A stretch of DNA of 64,000 bases from Candidatus Falkowbacteria bacterium (GCA_963747695.1 CAVVFV010000012.1:26659-90658), one strand, 5' to 3'; positions 1-9,725 are shown, counted from the stretch's first letter. The notes: a model not told the origin generated them from the letters alone. A program made the numbers and translations.

Positions 1-804
1 GACGATTGCCCTCAGGCGCTTAGCGACAACACCAAGGCGATTGCCTGGGGCGCGGGCAACAGCCTATTCTACGAGCAGCAATATCTGACCAATGGATTAA
101 CTTGTTTTGACCGCCTGCCGTTTGAGGATCAGCAAAAATTAAAGGATAATATGCTGCTGTATCTTGGTTGGCTGCCGGTGGATAAGTTTTTCGCTTTTGC
201 CGAGGTCAAAGCCAATGTCAGTGTGATGCTGGCCAGTTTTGATAAGATTTATTATCCGCAGGCCGAGGAAGATTTTGCCGCTCTAGCCAAAAAGTATCCG
301 ACGATCAGCATTATTTATCGCGATTGGGCGGACTTTGAATTGGCCAAGGGGGATTTTAGCCGGGCCATCGCGATCAGTAATCAGGGTTTAGGGACGTTGC
401 CGCTCAAGGAAATGGATCAACGGGGTTATTTCACTCATCGGCCGGTGATTGAATCCTGGCAGATCGATTTTTACGACATTATCGGCGATGCCTATGCAGG
501 CGAGCATGACTGGAATAACGCTTTGAGCTATTACGAAAACGGCGTCAAGCTCAATCCTTATTATCTTCCGGCCTATGGAAAGATTGCGGCGGTCTATGCG
601 GCGGAAAAGGATTGGGACAAGGCGATATGGTATAATAATAAGGCGTACCGGCTTAGCCCGAGTGACTATTCCTGGCCGCTCGCTATCGGGCATTTGGAAA
701 CCGAGAAGGGCGACAAAAAAACAGCCATTGATTATTTTAATCAAGTTTTGCAGTTGAATCCGGATAATAAGGATGCGCAGAGCGGCATTGCCAGCCTGCG
801 GTAG
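1..804 (+). CDS. TPR-repeat protein, 5'-truncated by the window edge
   Basis: Frame is open from base 1. Several TPR helices (GDAYAGEHDWNNALSYYENGVKLNP; AIDYFNQVLQLNPDN). The TAG stop is supplied by the GTAG of a REP-like repeat. Confidence 0.8.
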   Translation, partial: DDCPQALSDNTKAIAWGAGNSLFYEQQYLTNGLTCFDRLPFEDQQKLKDNMLLYLGWLPVDKFFAFAEVKANVSVMLASFDKIYYPQAEEDFAALAKKYPTISIIYRDWADFELAKGDFSRAIAISNQGLGTLPLKEMDQRGYFTHRPVIESWQIDFYDIIGDAYAGEHDWNNALSYYENGVKLNPYYLPAYGKIAAVYAAEKDWDKAIWYNNKAYRLSPSDYSWPLAIGHLETEKGDKKTAIDYFNQVLQLNPDNKDAQSGIASLR

Positions 805-857
805 GAACGCAACACTTTGCGTTCTGATTGCGGGAAAGCAAGGTATTGCGTTCCTAT
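801..857. repeat. GTAG-type REP doublet (REPIN-like), copy 1
   Basis: GTAGGAACGCAA-CAC-TTTGCGTTC plus an inverted partner ending TTGCGTTCCTA. Same unit at 25117, 28600, 47680 and 60234. Confidence 0.8.
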
Positions 858-872
858 ATTGATTTATTTTTT

Positions 873-1697
873 ATGTTTTATTATTTTACTTTTGTCGCTT
901 TTTTATTCGGCGCCGTAATCGGCAGTTTTACCAATTGTTTCGTCTGGCGGCTGTACGAAGATGAGACGCTTTGGGACAGGTCCTATTGTCCCAAATGCCG
1001 GAAGATGATCGCCTGGTACGACAATATCCCGATTTTGAGTTTTTTCTGCCTGGGCGGGCGCTGCCGGCAGTGCGGCAAACCGATCTCTTGGCAATATCCC
1101 TTAGTGGAATTCACCACGGCCTGCCTTTTTGCTTTATCTTTTTATCTTTCAGCCAAAGATATCATCGGGCCGGCGAGCCTGTCCGATTATCTTGATCTTC
1201 TTTCCGGCAACGCCTTTATCCTGGCACTCGCCAAGGATTGGTTGATGATCTTTGCTTTGACCGCACTCTTCATCTATGATTGGCGCTGGTATCTGATTCC
1301 CGATAAGATCGTGCTCCCCGCCGCGTTATTGGTTTTTTTACTTGACCTTTCCTTGGGCTATAATTGGCTGGTGCTATTGGTTTGCGCGCTGATCGGCGGC
1401 GGTTTTTTTCTGCTGCAATTTTTGGTTTCGCGCGGAAAATGGGTCGGCGGCGGCGACATCCGTCTGGGAATTCTCCTCGGTTTTTCTACCGGCCGTTACG
1501 CTGAATTGATCCTCGCGATCTTGCTGACATATTTTATCGGATCGATTATCGGCACGCTTTTGGTAATCTTTGGCAAAAAGCATTGGAGTTCCAAGGTGCC
1601 GCTGGGGGTTTTTATGGCGCCGGCTCTGTTAATTACTTTGTTTTGGGGCCCGGAAATCATCACTTGGTATCTGAATCTTTTCTGGATAATGCCCTAA
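873..1697 (+). CDS. pilD: Prepilin peptidase (A24)
   Basis: GSFTNCFVWR, RSYCPKC, GGRCRQC zinc motifs; GGGDIRLG catalytic Asp; VPLGVFM. Start moved to ATG 873 because the ORF-track start lies in the REP. Confidence 0.93.
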   Translation: MFYYFTFVAFLFGAVIGSFTNCFVWRLYEDETLWDRSYCPKCRKMIAWYDNIPILSFFCLGGRCRQCGKPISWQYPLVEFTTACLFALSFYLSAKDIIGPASLSDYLDLLSGNAFILALAKDWLMIFALTALFIYDWRWYLIPDKIVLPAALLVFLLDLSLGYNWLVLLVCALIGGGFFLLQFLVSRGKWVGGGDIRLGILLGFSTGRYAELILAILLTYFIGSIIGTLLVIFGKKHWSSKVPLGVFMAPALLITLFWGPEIITWYLNLFWIMP

Positions 1698-1747
1698 AAG
1701 ACGTGTTGGCAAGACAAGGAGGATATAGTATAATAGAGTAAGACCCG

Positions 1748-1873
1748 TGATGCGAATACTGCTAATTTTTCGCGAATACCGTGAACTATTTAGCGAATTA
1801 CTAAATATATTAAATAGATTATTTCGTTAAAGCTATTCGTAGTATTGGCGTATAATTCGTTGTATTCGCATTA
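1748..1873. repeat. CGAAT-family inverted-repeat element (MITE-like)
   Basis: TGATGCGAATAC...GTATTCGCATTA; a close reverse-complement homolog of 9540-9645. Confidence 0.8.
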
Positions 1874-1909
1874 TATGATCAAGCTTATTAATTTCCAGAA
1901 AAGTTTTTT

Positions 1910-3172
1910 ATGAGAGAAGATTCAATTGTCGGCTTAGATATCGGTTCGACCGAAGTAAGATTGGTGGTCGGCCAAAGGAATGAGCAAAACGGCGGCCGAT
2001 TGCAGATAATCGGGGCGATCTCTTCGCCGTCCGAAGGCATCAATAAAGGAATGGTCAAAAGCATCGATGATACCACGTCTTCGATCTCTTCGCTTTTGGA
2101 AAAAGCTGAACGCTTGATCGGTTTGCCGATCAGCAATGTTTACGTCAGCGTCAACGATCCTTTTATCAGGTGTGAAAAAAGCAAAGGCGTGGTTGCGGTC
2201 GGCAAAAGCAATGGCGAAATCAGCCAGGAAGATGTGGAACGGGCGATCGAAGCGGCGCGGACTTTAAGTATGCCGCCTAACTATGAAATTCTCCACGTCA
2301 TTCCCATCAAATTCACGGTGGACAACCAGGAAGATATCAAAGATCCGATCGGGATGAGCGGCATCCGTCTGGAAGTCGAAGCTTTGATCGTTCAGGGGAT
2401 GACCAGCCAGATCAAGAATTTGACCAAGGCGATCTATCGCACCGGATTGAATATTGATGATTTGGTTTTATCGTCGCTCGCTTTGGGCGAGGCCGTGTTG
2501 AGCTCCAAGCAGAAAGATTTGGGAGTGGCTGTCGCCGGGATCGGCGCCTCCACGACGACGCTCGCGGTTTATGAAGAAGGTAAATTGATCCACGCCGCGG
2601 TCATTCCGATCGGCGCGGATCATATCACTTCCGACATCGCGATCGGTTTACGCTGCCCGATCAATCTGGCTGAACGGGTGAAGATCGAATATGGCAATGC
2701 CGTACCGAAAAATTTCTCCGGGAAGGAAGAAGTGGACATTTCCGAGCTGGCCAGGGAAGAAGAAGTGGAAGATGATATCAAGGAAATCTCCAAAAAATAC
2801 GTGGCGGAAATAATCGAGGCGCGCGCCGAAGAGATCTTTGACCGAATTGACGAACAATTGAAGAAAATCGACCGTTCCGGGTTGTTGCCGGCCGGTGTCG
2901 TTTTAGCCGGAGGCGGAGCTAAGCTGGCCGGTCTGGTCGAAGTGGCCAAGGATCGGCTGCGTTTGCCGGCCTCGGTGGGAATTTGCCGCAATGCCGAGAT
3001 TGTTTTTGACAAGGTTAACGATTCCAAATATCTAACCGCGCTGGGTCTGGTCATTTGGGGCAATACGTTCACCACCAAAAGAGTGGGCGGGGGAGCGATG
3101 GGCGGGATCAGCAATTTTTTTGACGATGCTAACAAGAAAATCAAAGAAATTTTTTCCCGATTCGCTCCGTGA
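1910..3172 (+). CDS. ftsA: Cell division protein FtsA
   Basis: GLDIGSTEV, DPIGMSGIRLEV, VVLAGGGAKL; directly upstream of ftsZ. Confidence 0.97.
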   Translation: MREDSIVGLDIGSTEVRLVVGQRNEQNGGRLQIIGAISSPSEGINKGMVKSIDDTTSSISSLLEKAERLIGLPISNVYVSVNDPFIRCEKSKGVVAVGKSNGEISQEDVERAIEAARTLSMPPNYEILHVIPIKFTVDNQEDIKDPIGMSGIRLEVEALIVQGMTSQIKNLTKAIYRTGLNIDDLVLSSLALGEAVLSSKQKDLGVAVAGIGASTTTLAVYEEGKLIHAAVIPIGADHITSDIAIGLRCPINLAERVKIEYGNAVPKNFSGKEEVDISELAREEEVEDDIKEISKKYVAEIIEARAEEIFDRIDEQLKKIDRSGLLPAGVVLAGGGAKLAGLVEVAKDRLRLPASVGICRNAEIVFDKVNDSKYLTALGLVIWGNTFTTKRVGGGAMGGISNFFDDANKKIKEIFSRFAP

Positions 3173-3501
3173 TTGAAATTGTCCGATTGTACAATTTTTT
3201 TATTCACCTGGCGGAACGATGATTTAGTAGGTTGATAAATAGGCTAAAATAAGCATAAATATCTGAAGATATTTAAGCCCCCCAAAGGCTTGATATTTTT
3301 TTTACAATAGGATAAACTTATAGTATAATATTCTACTGTTCAATTAGTTTATACACTAAGGTTTAATTTGTAATATTTTTTGCGAGCGACGAGGTACACA
3401 TAATTGCGAGGGTCGGCCGGATAGTGGAGCGACCCGAGCCTCATTAGGAAGGGGGAGTCTTGAGGGGGAAACCCGTCAAGGGTTTCCCCCTCAAATTGCA
3501 T

Positions 3502-4695
3502 ATGGCTGAAATAAAACCATTGGCTGAAACATTCGCCAAGATCAAAGTTGTCGGCGTGGGCGGCGGCGGCGGAAGCGCCATCCAAAGAATGATTGAAAAA
3601 GGAATTAGAGGCGTTGAATTTGTGGCCATCAATACTGATGTCCAGGCTTTGCATTACAATAAAGCCGGCGATAAATTGCATATCGGCAAATCGGTTACCC
3701 GCGGTTTGGGAGCCGGGATGAATCCGGAATTGGGCCGCCAGGCGGCGGAAGAATCACAGAATGAGATCAGGGACGTTTTGAAGGGTTCGGATATGGTGTT
3801 TATTACTTGCGGCTTAGGCGGCGGCACAGGCACGGGCGCGGCTCCGGTAGTCGCGGAAATTGCCCGCGATCTGGGCGCTTTGACTGTCGCGGTGGTAACC
3901 AGACCTTTTTCTTTTGAAGGCGGTCAGCGCAAGGCGATCGCCGAACGCGGTTTTGCCGAACTGGCCGACAAGTTGGATACGATCATCACTATCAATAATG
4001 ATAAGTTGTTACAAATTATCGATAAGAAAACTTCCTTGATGGAAGCTTTCTCGGTGGCGGATGATGTGCTGCGCCAGGGCGTGCAAGGCATTGCTGAAAT
4101 CATCACGATTCCCGGCTTGATCAACGTCGACTTCGCCGATGTGCGGGCGGTGATGCAGAATGCCGGTTCGGCTTTAATGGGCATCGGCCAGGCTTCCGGA
4201 GAAAATCGGGCGATCGAGGCGGCCAAAGCGGCAATCAATTCAACTCTGTTGGATATGTCAATCGATGGCGCCCGCGGCATCGTTTTCACGATCACCGGCG
4301 GACCGAGTTTGGGGATGACCGAAGTTTCCGAAGCGGCCAAGGTGATTACCGCCTCGGCGGATGCCGAAGCCAAGATTATTTTTGGCGCAGTCATTGACGA
4401 TAAATTGAAAGACGAAATAAAAGTTACGGTCGTGGCTACCGGTTTTGACGGCCAGGCCAGGGATATTACCAGCAAACAGATGCGGACGGCGTACACGCCG
4501 AACAGCTTTATCAGTTCGGCGGAAAAGGAAGATAAGAATCGCGGCTGGTTCGGCGGTAAATCCGATGCCTCATCCGACACAATCAAGAAAAGCAAGATTT
4601 CGCCGGTCAAAATGGCCCAGGAAGAATTGCCGGACGAAGAATCAGAAGAAGGCGAGCTCGGTATTCCGGCGTTTATTCGGAAAAAAATGAAATAG
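3502..4695 (+). CDS. ftsZ: Cell division protein FtsZ
   Basis: GGGTGTG tubulin signature, INVDFADV, C-terminal IPAFIRKK. Start at ATG 3502. Confidence 0.98.
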   Translation: MAEIKPLAETFAKIKVVGVGGGGGSAIQRMIEKGIRGVEFVAINTDVQALHYNKAGDKLHIGKSVTRGLGAGMNPELGRQAAEESQNEIRDVLKGSDMVFITCGLGGGTGTGAAPVVAEIARDLGALTVAVVTRPFSFEGGQRKAIAERGFAELADKLDTIITINNDKLLQIIDKKTSLMEAFSVADDVLRQGVQGIAEIITIPGLINVDFADVRAVMQNAGSALMGIGQASGENRAIEAAKAAINSTLLDMSIDGARGIVFTITGGPSLGMTEVSEAAKVITASADAEAKIIFGAVIDDKLKDEIKVTVVATGFDGQARDITSKQMRTAYTPNSFISSAEKEDKNRGWFGGKSDASSDTIKKSKISPVKMAQEELPDEESEEGELGIPAFIRKKMK

Positions 4696-4773
4696 CGTTA
4701 TCCCGCCGCGGCGGGACGGCACATCCGAATTAAGTTGAAAGTTGTAAAGTATTTTGGAAAATTTGCATAAAAT

Positions 4774-4807
4774 AAAAAAGACGCGCTCAGTTGAGGCGTC
4801 TTTTTTG
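4774..4807. terminator. Bidirectional intrinsic terminator between ftsZ and the aldolase
   Basis: AAAAAAGACGC...GCGTCTTTTTT hairpin with A/T tracts on both sides, between convergent genes. Confidence 0.75.
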
Positions 4808-4820
4808 ATGGGATCAGGGC

Positions 4821-5804
4821 TTAAAACGATAGAGAGAGGAAGGATTTGAGTGATGAGCTTTTCGGCTTTGACTTGGTTTTCAGTTCCAGTTTGCCGAGAA
4901 AGATTTTGTAAGCGTTTTCGGCCGTGTAGTCGTAGAGAATGACCGCCGCAATGGCATTGGCCATGCGGATCGCTTCGGGAAGCGGACGCTGATAAATATT
5001 GCGCCCAACGGCGACTCCGCCGGTGCCGGAAATATGGATTTGATTGTGAAGTTGTTGGAGGAATTTTTTTTCCGCCATCTTGGTGCCGCCGATCGGAACT
5101 ACTTTGGATCGTCCGGCCGCTACCACGACTTCGCGGAATTTTTTGGCGGTTTCGACCGTCGGTTTGTCATAAGGATAGCTGATTTTGACGAAATCAGCGC
5201 CTAAACAGACAGCCACTCCGGCCCCGCCGGCCAATAAATGCAGATTGGTTTCATCCTTGACCGCTTTGCCGCGCGGGTACATCCAGATTACCGCGAGTAA
5301 TCCTTCCTGATGGGCATCGTAGATGATCCGAGCGGCCTGCCCGAAAGATTCCGACTCGAATTCGCTGCCGATATAAACCGTATAGCCGACGCCGATGATA
5401 TTCAAACCGGAATTTTTTTTGAATTTTATCACGTCATCCATCGGCAGCCAGCGGTTGGAAAATGGATCACGTTCCGCCTTGTTGATGAGATTAGTCTTGG
5501 AATTAGCTTTAATGAGGAACGGCACATTCGGGCAAATATCCGCGTATTTGGCAATCAAGCCTAATTGCGAGCCCAGGACTCCGATATGAGCTTGTTTGGC
5601 GATTTCAAAATAATGTTTGGGATCGGCTACCGAAGCATCCAGTCCCGGGCCGACAAAGTCATCGTTCAAATGCTCGACCTTCTGGTCGCAAGCATACATA
5701 AACAGCCTGCCGGTGCCGCGGGTGGCGATTTTCCAATTCTTCAAATATTCGGCGTGCTTGGCGCGAGGAACGTCGTAGGGAATGTGGATTTTTTGCATAG
5801 ACAT
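4821..5804 (-). CDS. fbaB: Class I (DhnA-type) fructose-bisphosphate aldolase
   Basis: DQKVEH, VGYTVYIGS, WMYPRG, LGADFVK (Schiff-base Lys), GVAVGRNIYQ. Confidence 0.9.
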   Translation of the reverse strand: MSMQKIHIPYDVPRAKHAEYLKNWKIATRGTGRLFMYACDQKVEHLNDDFVGPGLDASVADPKHYFEIAKQAHIGVLGSQLGLIAKYADICPNVPFLIKANSKTNLINKAERDPFSNRWLPMDDVIKFKKNSGLNIIGVGYTVYIGSEFESESFGQAARIIYDAHQEGLLAVIWMYPRGKAVKDETNLHLLAGGAGVAVCLGADFVKISYPYDKPTVETAKKFREVVVAAGRSKVVPIGGTKMAEKKFLQQLHNQIHISGTGGVAVGRNIYQRPLPEAIRMANAIAAVILYDYTAENAYKIFLGKLELKTKSKPKSSSLKSFLSLSF

Positions 5805-5874
5805 TTTTAAATAAAGGCGTTATATGATAAAATGTAATATAAATCAGTAATTATATTATACCATAAAAATTAAG

Positions 5875-5970
5875 ATTGTTTAATTGTTATATTGTCATAT
5901 TGCTATATTGTTAAAATGTATTGAATTGTTGTCTAGCAATATAACAATATGACAATATGGCAATTTTAAC
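5875..5970. repeat. Inverted 8-mer tandem arms (ATTGYYAT)n...(RCAATATR)n
   Basis: attgttat attgtcat attgctat attgttaa ... gcaatata acaatatg acaatatg gcaatttt. Same family at 7612, 51503 and 41001. Confidence 0.8.
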
Positions 5971-5996
5971 GATAATGATTGAAGTATCTTTTGTTT

Positions 5997-7607
5997 ATGA
6001 CTGATATTAAGAAGAAAAAACCCATTGTTCTGGTAATCTTGGACGGCTGGGGTGAATGGGATATCGAGAAGGGCAACCCGATCGTGAAGTCCAAATTGCC
6101 GCTGATCGATAAATTAAACTCCCACTATCCCAAAACTTATCTGCAGGCGTCGGGCATGGCAGTTGGTTTGCCTTGGGGCGTTAGAGGCAATTCGGAAGTC
6201 GGCCACCAGACCATCGGTTCGGGCCAGATCGTCTTTCAGTTTTTGCCGACAATTTCCACGGCGATCACCGAAGGATCTTTTTTCAAGAACGAGGCGATCC
6301 TCGGCGCTTTTGACTGGGCGAAAAAAAATAATTCCAATCTGCACGTCCTGGGATTGCTTTCTGATGGATCAGTCCATTCCCACATCGAACATCTGTTCGC
6401 GCTTTTGGAGATGGCCAAGAACCGGGAAGTCAAAGAAGTTTATATCCATGCCGTGACCGATGGGCGTGACACGCACCCGCAAAGCGCTAAGCGATTTATT
6501 GAGCAGCTGGAAAATAAAATTAAAGAAATCGGCATCGGGAAAATTGCCACGCTAAGCGGCCGCTATTTCACCATGGATCGGAATAACAATTGGGACAGAG
6601 TGGAGAAAGCCTTCCTGGCAATCACCTCAGGCATCGGCATTCGAGAAAAAAATCCTCACCAGGCGGTGGATAACCAGTACGCCCGGAATATTTTTGATGA
6701 ATATTTGGAACCGGTCGTTTTAGAAGGGGATAACGGCGAACCGGTCGCGCTGATCAAGGATAACGACGCCGTGATTTGTTTCAACTTCCGCAAGGACCGT
6801 TCCCGCCAGATCACCAAGGCTTTCGTGCTGCCTAGTTTTAAAGAATTCAAACAAGCCAAGCCGCCGGCCAATCTCAAATATGTCTGCTTCGCGCCTTACG
6901 AAGAAGGACTTCCGGTTGACGTGGCTTTTCACGAGCAGCAGATCACTGTTCGTTTGGGTGAAATATTGGCCAAGAATTGGAAAAGGCAATTGCGCATTTC
7001 CGAAACGGAAAAATACGCGCACGTCACTTATTTTTTCAACGGCGGATTGGAAGAGCCGTATTTTTACGAGGACCGGATTTTGATCCCCTCCAAACGCGTG
7101 ACCACTTATGCGGATGCGCCGGAAATGAGCGCTACGGAAATCACCGATAAATTGCTGGAAGCGATGGAAAAAAATAATTATGATTTTATTTTGGTTAATT
7201 ATGCCAATTCCGATATGGTCGGCCACACGGGAAATTATCCGGCGGCCGTCAAAGCCCTGGAACACGTGGACGGTTGTCTGGCTCGATTGATTGAAGCCGT
7301 ATTTGCCAAAGGCGGAGAATTGATCATCACCGCCGATCACGGCAATGTCGAAGAGATGTTGAATATCTATACCGGCGAGCCGGACACCCAGCATTCCAAA
7401 AATGTGGTGCCCTGCTGGTATGTCAGCCCGGACAGCTGGATTGAAAGCTCGGAAAAACCCAAGAAGATCGAAGCCGGCGGTCTGCTGGTCGATCTGGCCC
7501 CGACCGTTCTGGATCTTCTCGGTTTTGAAAAACATCCGGCGATGGTCGGCTCAAGTTTGATCCGGCAATTCAAAAAGATGATGCCGGAAGAGGAAGAGGA
7601 AGAATGA
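5997..7607 (+). CDS. gpmI: 2,3-bisphosphoglycerate-independent phosphoglycerate mutase
   Basis: ILDGWG, GNSEVGH, TDGRD, FNFRKDR, ETEKYAHVT, DMVGHTG, TADHGN. Confidence 0.97.
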   Translation: MTDIKKKKPIVLVILDGWGEWDIEKGNPIVKSKLPLIDKLNSHYPKTYLQASGMAVGLPWGVRGNSEVGHQTIGSGQIVFQFLPTISTAITEGSFFKNEAILGAFDWAKKNNSNLHVLGLLSDGSVHSHIEHLFALLEMAKNREVKEVYIHAVTDGRDTHPQSAKRFIEQLENKIKEIGIGKIATLSGRYFTMDRNNNWDRVEKAFLAITSGIGIREKNPHQAVDNQYARNIFDEYLEPVVLEGDNGEPVALIKDNDAVICFNFRKDRSRQITKAFVLPSFKEFKQAKPPANLKYVCFAPYEEGLPVDVAFHEQQITVRLGEILAKNWKRQLRISETEKYAHVTYFFNGGLEEPYFYEDRILIPSKRVTTYADAPEMSATEITDKLLEAMEKNNYDFILVNYANSDMVGHTGNYPAAVKALEHVDGCLARLIEAVFAKGGELIITADHGNVEEMLNIYTGEPDTQHSKNVVPCWYVSPDSWIESSEKPKKIEAGGLLVDLAPTVLDLLGFEKHPAMVGSSLIRQFKKMMPEEEEEE

Positions 7608-7611
7608 TTTT

Positions 7612-7720
7612 ATTGCTATATTGTCATATTGTTATATTGATGCGCAACGATTTTAATCGATTAAGTTGTTTAATTCCGTTGCATAACAATATAACAATTT
7701 AGCAATATAATAATATGATA
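7612..7720. repeat. Inverted 8-mer tandem arms (ATTG family)
   Basis: attgctat attgtcat attgttat attg ... acaatata acaattta gcaatata, immediately after the gpmI stop. Confidence 0.8.
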
Positions 7721-7773
7721 ATTAAACAATAAAAAACGCCTTCTTTACGAAGACGTTTTTTAAAATTCGACGG

Positions 7774-7950
7774 TTATTCCTCCACAAATATCGCTTCCAC
7801 CGGGCACTGGTCGGCAGCGGACATCGCACAGTCGTGATTGGCGCCGATGACGGTTGATTTTCCCATCTCATCAAGCTTAAAAGTATCGGGACAGACTTCG
7901 GTGCAGCGGCCGCAGCCGATGCATTTTTCTCGGTCAACTTTGATAAGCAT
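7774..7950 (-). CDS. Ferredoxin (single 4Fe-4S cluster type), 58 aa; missed by the ORF track
   Basis: Translated by hand: MLIKVDREKCIGCGRCTEVCPDTFKLDEMGKSTVIGANHDCAMSAADQCPVEAIFVEE; CxxCxxC...CP. Confidence 0.92.
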   Translation of the reverse strand: MLIKVDREKCIGCGRCTEVCPDTFKLDEMGKSTVIGANHDCAMSAADQCPVEAIFVEE

Positions 7951-7979
7951 AAGATTGTTGATTAATTTTTTCTAGAAAA

Positions 7980-8156
7980 TTATTCGCTAATCGTGATGGC
8001 CGATACCGGGCATTGGTCGGCGGCTGACTGGGCGCAATCCGGATTGGCGCCGATGACGGTGGATTTGCCCATCTCGTCTAATTTAAAAGTATCCGGGCAA
8101 ACTTCGGTGCAACGGCCGCAGCCGATGCAAGTATCGCGGTCAATGTTGATGGTCAT
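7980..8156 (-). CDS. Ferredoxin (single 4Fe-4S cluster type), 58 aa; tandem paralog
   Basis: Translated by hand: MTINIDRDTCIGCGRCTEVCPDTFKLDEMGKSTVIGANPDCAQSAADQCPVSAITISE. Confidence 0.92.
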   Translation of the reverse strand: MTINIDRDTCIGCGRCTEVCPDTFKLDEMGKSTVIGANPDCAQSAADQCPVSAITISE

Positions 8157-8270
8157 AATTTGTTGATTGGTTAATTTGTTAATTAGGTGATTGGTTTTAA
8201 TTATAGCATATCTTTTTTGTAGTATGTAGTAAGTAGTAGGCAGTATGGTTTTTGATAAAAAATTGATCGG

Positions 8271-8299
8271 TTGACAAAGTAATTTGATCGTGGTAATTT
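8271..8299 (+). promoter_or_regulatory. Sigma70-type promoter of orphan 8347
   Basis: TTGACA-17 bp-TAATTT with a TG extension, followed by boxA-like TGTTCTTTTAAAA (8304). Confidence 0.6.
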
Positions 8300-8346
8300 A
8301 TAATGTTCTTTTAAAAATCATAACATTAACCGAAAAGAGGTAAAAA

Positions 8347-8682
8347 ATGTTTAACAAAAACGGCCAAGAGGTTAAGCTTAAAGATGGTTGCTCTTTAGCC
8401 TTTAAAGAAGTTAATAAGGATGGAGTAATGGTTGTTTTACCGACACAACACACGCCTTTCTTGGAAGGCTACTATTGGGCGAAAGGTAATTTTAACAAGG
8501 CCCGTGTCGTGCTTAAGAATCGAGGAAGAGAAGTGGAGTATGGACATCCTACCATTTTATTAATATCTGAATCAATGGCTGCTATGGTGGGCATGGAAAT
8601 TGAAAAAAGAGATGATGGTCGGCCAAATCAATTCATAAGGGGTGATGATACCATCGTGGTGGTGTTGCAGAAGATCAAATAG
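8347..8682 (+). CDS. Hypothetical protein (SD-led orphan)
   Basis: 111-aa AT-rich ORF, SD AAGAGG, own promoter and terminator (AGGGGAGC-AAGA-GCTCCCCT-T6, 8705-8729). Confidence 0.7.
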   Translation: MFNKNGQEVKLKDGCSLAFKEVNKDGVMVVLPTQHTPFLEGYYWAKGNFNKARVVLKNRGREVEYGHPTILLISESMAAMVGMEIEKRDDGRPNQFIRGDDTIVVVLQKIK

Positions 8683-8816
8683 TGAAACATAGCTTGATTA
8701 TCTTAGGGGAGCAAGAGCTCCCCTTTTTTATTCGATATACCATACTACATACTGCATACTACATCGATGCTCTTGACGAATTTTTTATATATGTTATTAT
8801 TGAATCAATCAAATAA

Positions 8817-8915
8817 AGCCATAGACAGTAGGCACAAACATAAGACCTACCGAGGCAAAAACATAGCTTAATCAATAAGCTTTTTGCAGTCTGTGGTTTC
8901 GGCCAGAGATTTTTT
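8817..8915 (+). ncRNA. Ribosomal protein L10 leader (cis-regulatory RNA)
   Basis: AGACAGTAGG...CCTACCGAGG core typical of rplJ leaders, between a TTGACG/TATTAT promoter (8773-8800) and rplJ. Confidence 0.75.
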
Positions 8916-8921
8916 GTTTAT

Positions 8922-8998
8922 AATGACAAATTACAAATTAGGAATTACAAATTTAGAAGATAAAATAATTTGTAATCCGTAATTTTTAATTTGTAATT
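8922..8998. repeat. Inverted 7-mer tandem arms (AATTACA)n/(TGTAATT)n, empty
   Basis: aatgaca aattaca aattagg aattaca aattt ... aatttgt aatccgt aattttt aatttgt aatt. Confidence 0.75.
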
Positions 8999-9007
8999 GA
9001 TAAGAAT

Positions 9008-9535
9008 ATGCCTAAAACAAGAGCACAAAAGCAGGTGATCCTGGAAGGTTTGGCTGAGAAGGTGAAAGGTGCCAAGTCGGTTGTTTTCGCGAAGTTCGCC
9101 AAATTGGGCGCCAAGGAAAACGAAGATTTGCGCAAACGCCTCAAGGCCGAGGGCGGCGAATATTATGTCGCCAAAAAAACTTTGCTGAATCTGGCTTTCA
9201 AAAACAACAACCAAGAAGTGGATTTTAAGAATATGGATGGCCAAGTCGCCGCCGTGTTCGGCTACCAGGACGAAGTGGCTCCGGCCAAGATCGTCGATAC
9301 TTTCCGCAAGGAAATGGAAGAGCCGAAAATATTCTTCTTGGGCGGAATCTTGGAGAACAAGTTCATCTCCAAAGAAATGGTGGAAAGTCTGGCCAAACTT
9401 CCTTCGAAGAAGGAATTGTATGCCAAGCTGGTCGGTTCATTGAACGCTCCGGTTTCCGGATTCGTCAATGTCTTGGCCGGTAATCTCCGCGGATTGGTCA
9501 CCGTGCTAAAGGCGATTGGGGAGAAAAAAGTATAA
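9008..9535 (+). CDS. rplJ: 50S ribosomal protein L10
   Basis: VAKKTLL, LAKLPSKKELYAKLVGSLNAP; adjacent to rplL. Confidence 0.97.
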   Translation: MPKTRAQKQVILEGLAEKVKGAKSVVFAKFAKLGAKENEDLRKRLKAEGGEYYVAKKTLLNLAFKNNNQEVDFKNMDGQVAAVFGYQDEVAPAKIVDTFRKEMEEPKIFFLGGILENKFISKEMVESLAKLPSKKELYAKLVGSLNAPVSGFVNVLAGNLRGLVTVLKAIGEKKV

Positions 9536-9539
9536 AATA

Positions 9540-9645
9540 TAATGCGAATACTACAAATTGTTCGCGAATACTACGAATAGATTTAACGAATTTAATTCGA
9601 TAAATAGTTCGCGGTATTCGCGAAAAATTCGCTGTATTCGCATCA
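9540..9645. repeat. CGAAT-family inverted-repeat element
   Basis: TAATGCGAATACTAC...GTATTCGCATCA; reverse-complement homolog of 1748-1873. Confidence 0.8.
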
Positions 9646-9725
9646 TGGAATAAAGCTAATAAATCAAATATAAATAATTGGTTCATGATACATGATTCAT
9701 GTTACATGCTACCTGTAATAAAACT

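Larger units (their letters stand above)
8219..8764. mobile_element. Putative cassette: inverted 7-mer arms (GTAGTAT)n/(ATACTAC)n enclosing a complete transcription unit
   Basis: Left arm 8219-8248 GTAGTAT GTAGTAA GTAGTAG GCAGTAT GG; right arm 8740-8764 CC ATACTAC ATACTGC ATACTAC. Promoter, ORF and terminator lie between them. Confidence 0.6.

Noticed and set aside
7774-8156. Ferredoxin pair as DGR template/variable repeats
   Set aside because: Differences are mostly synonymous third-position changes of all base types, and both copies are intact genes.
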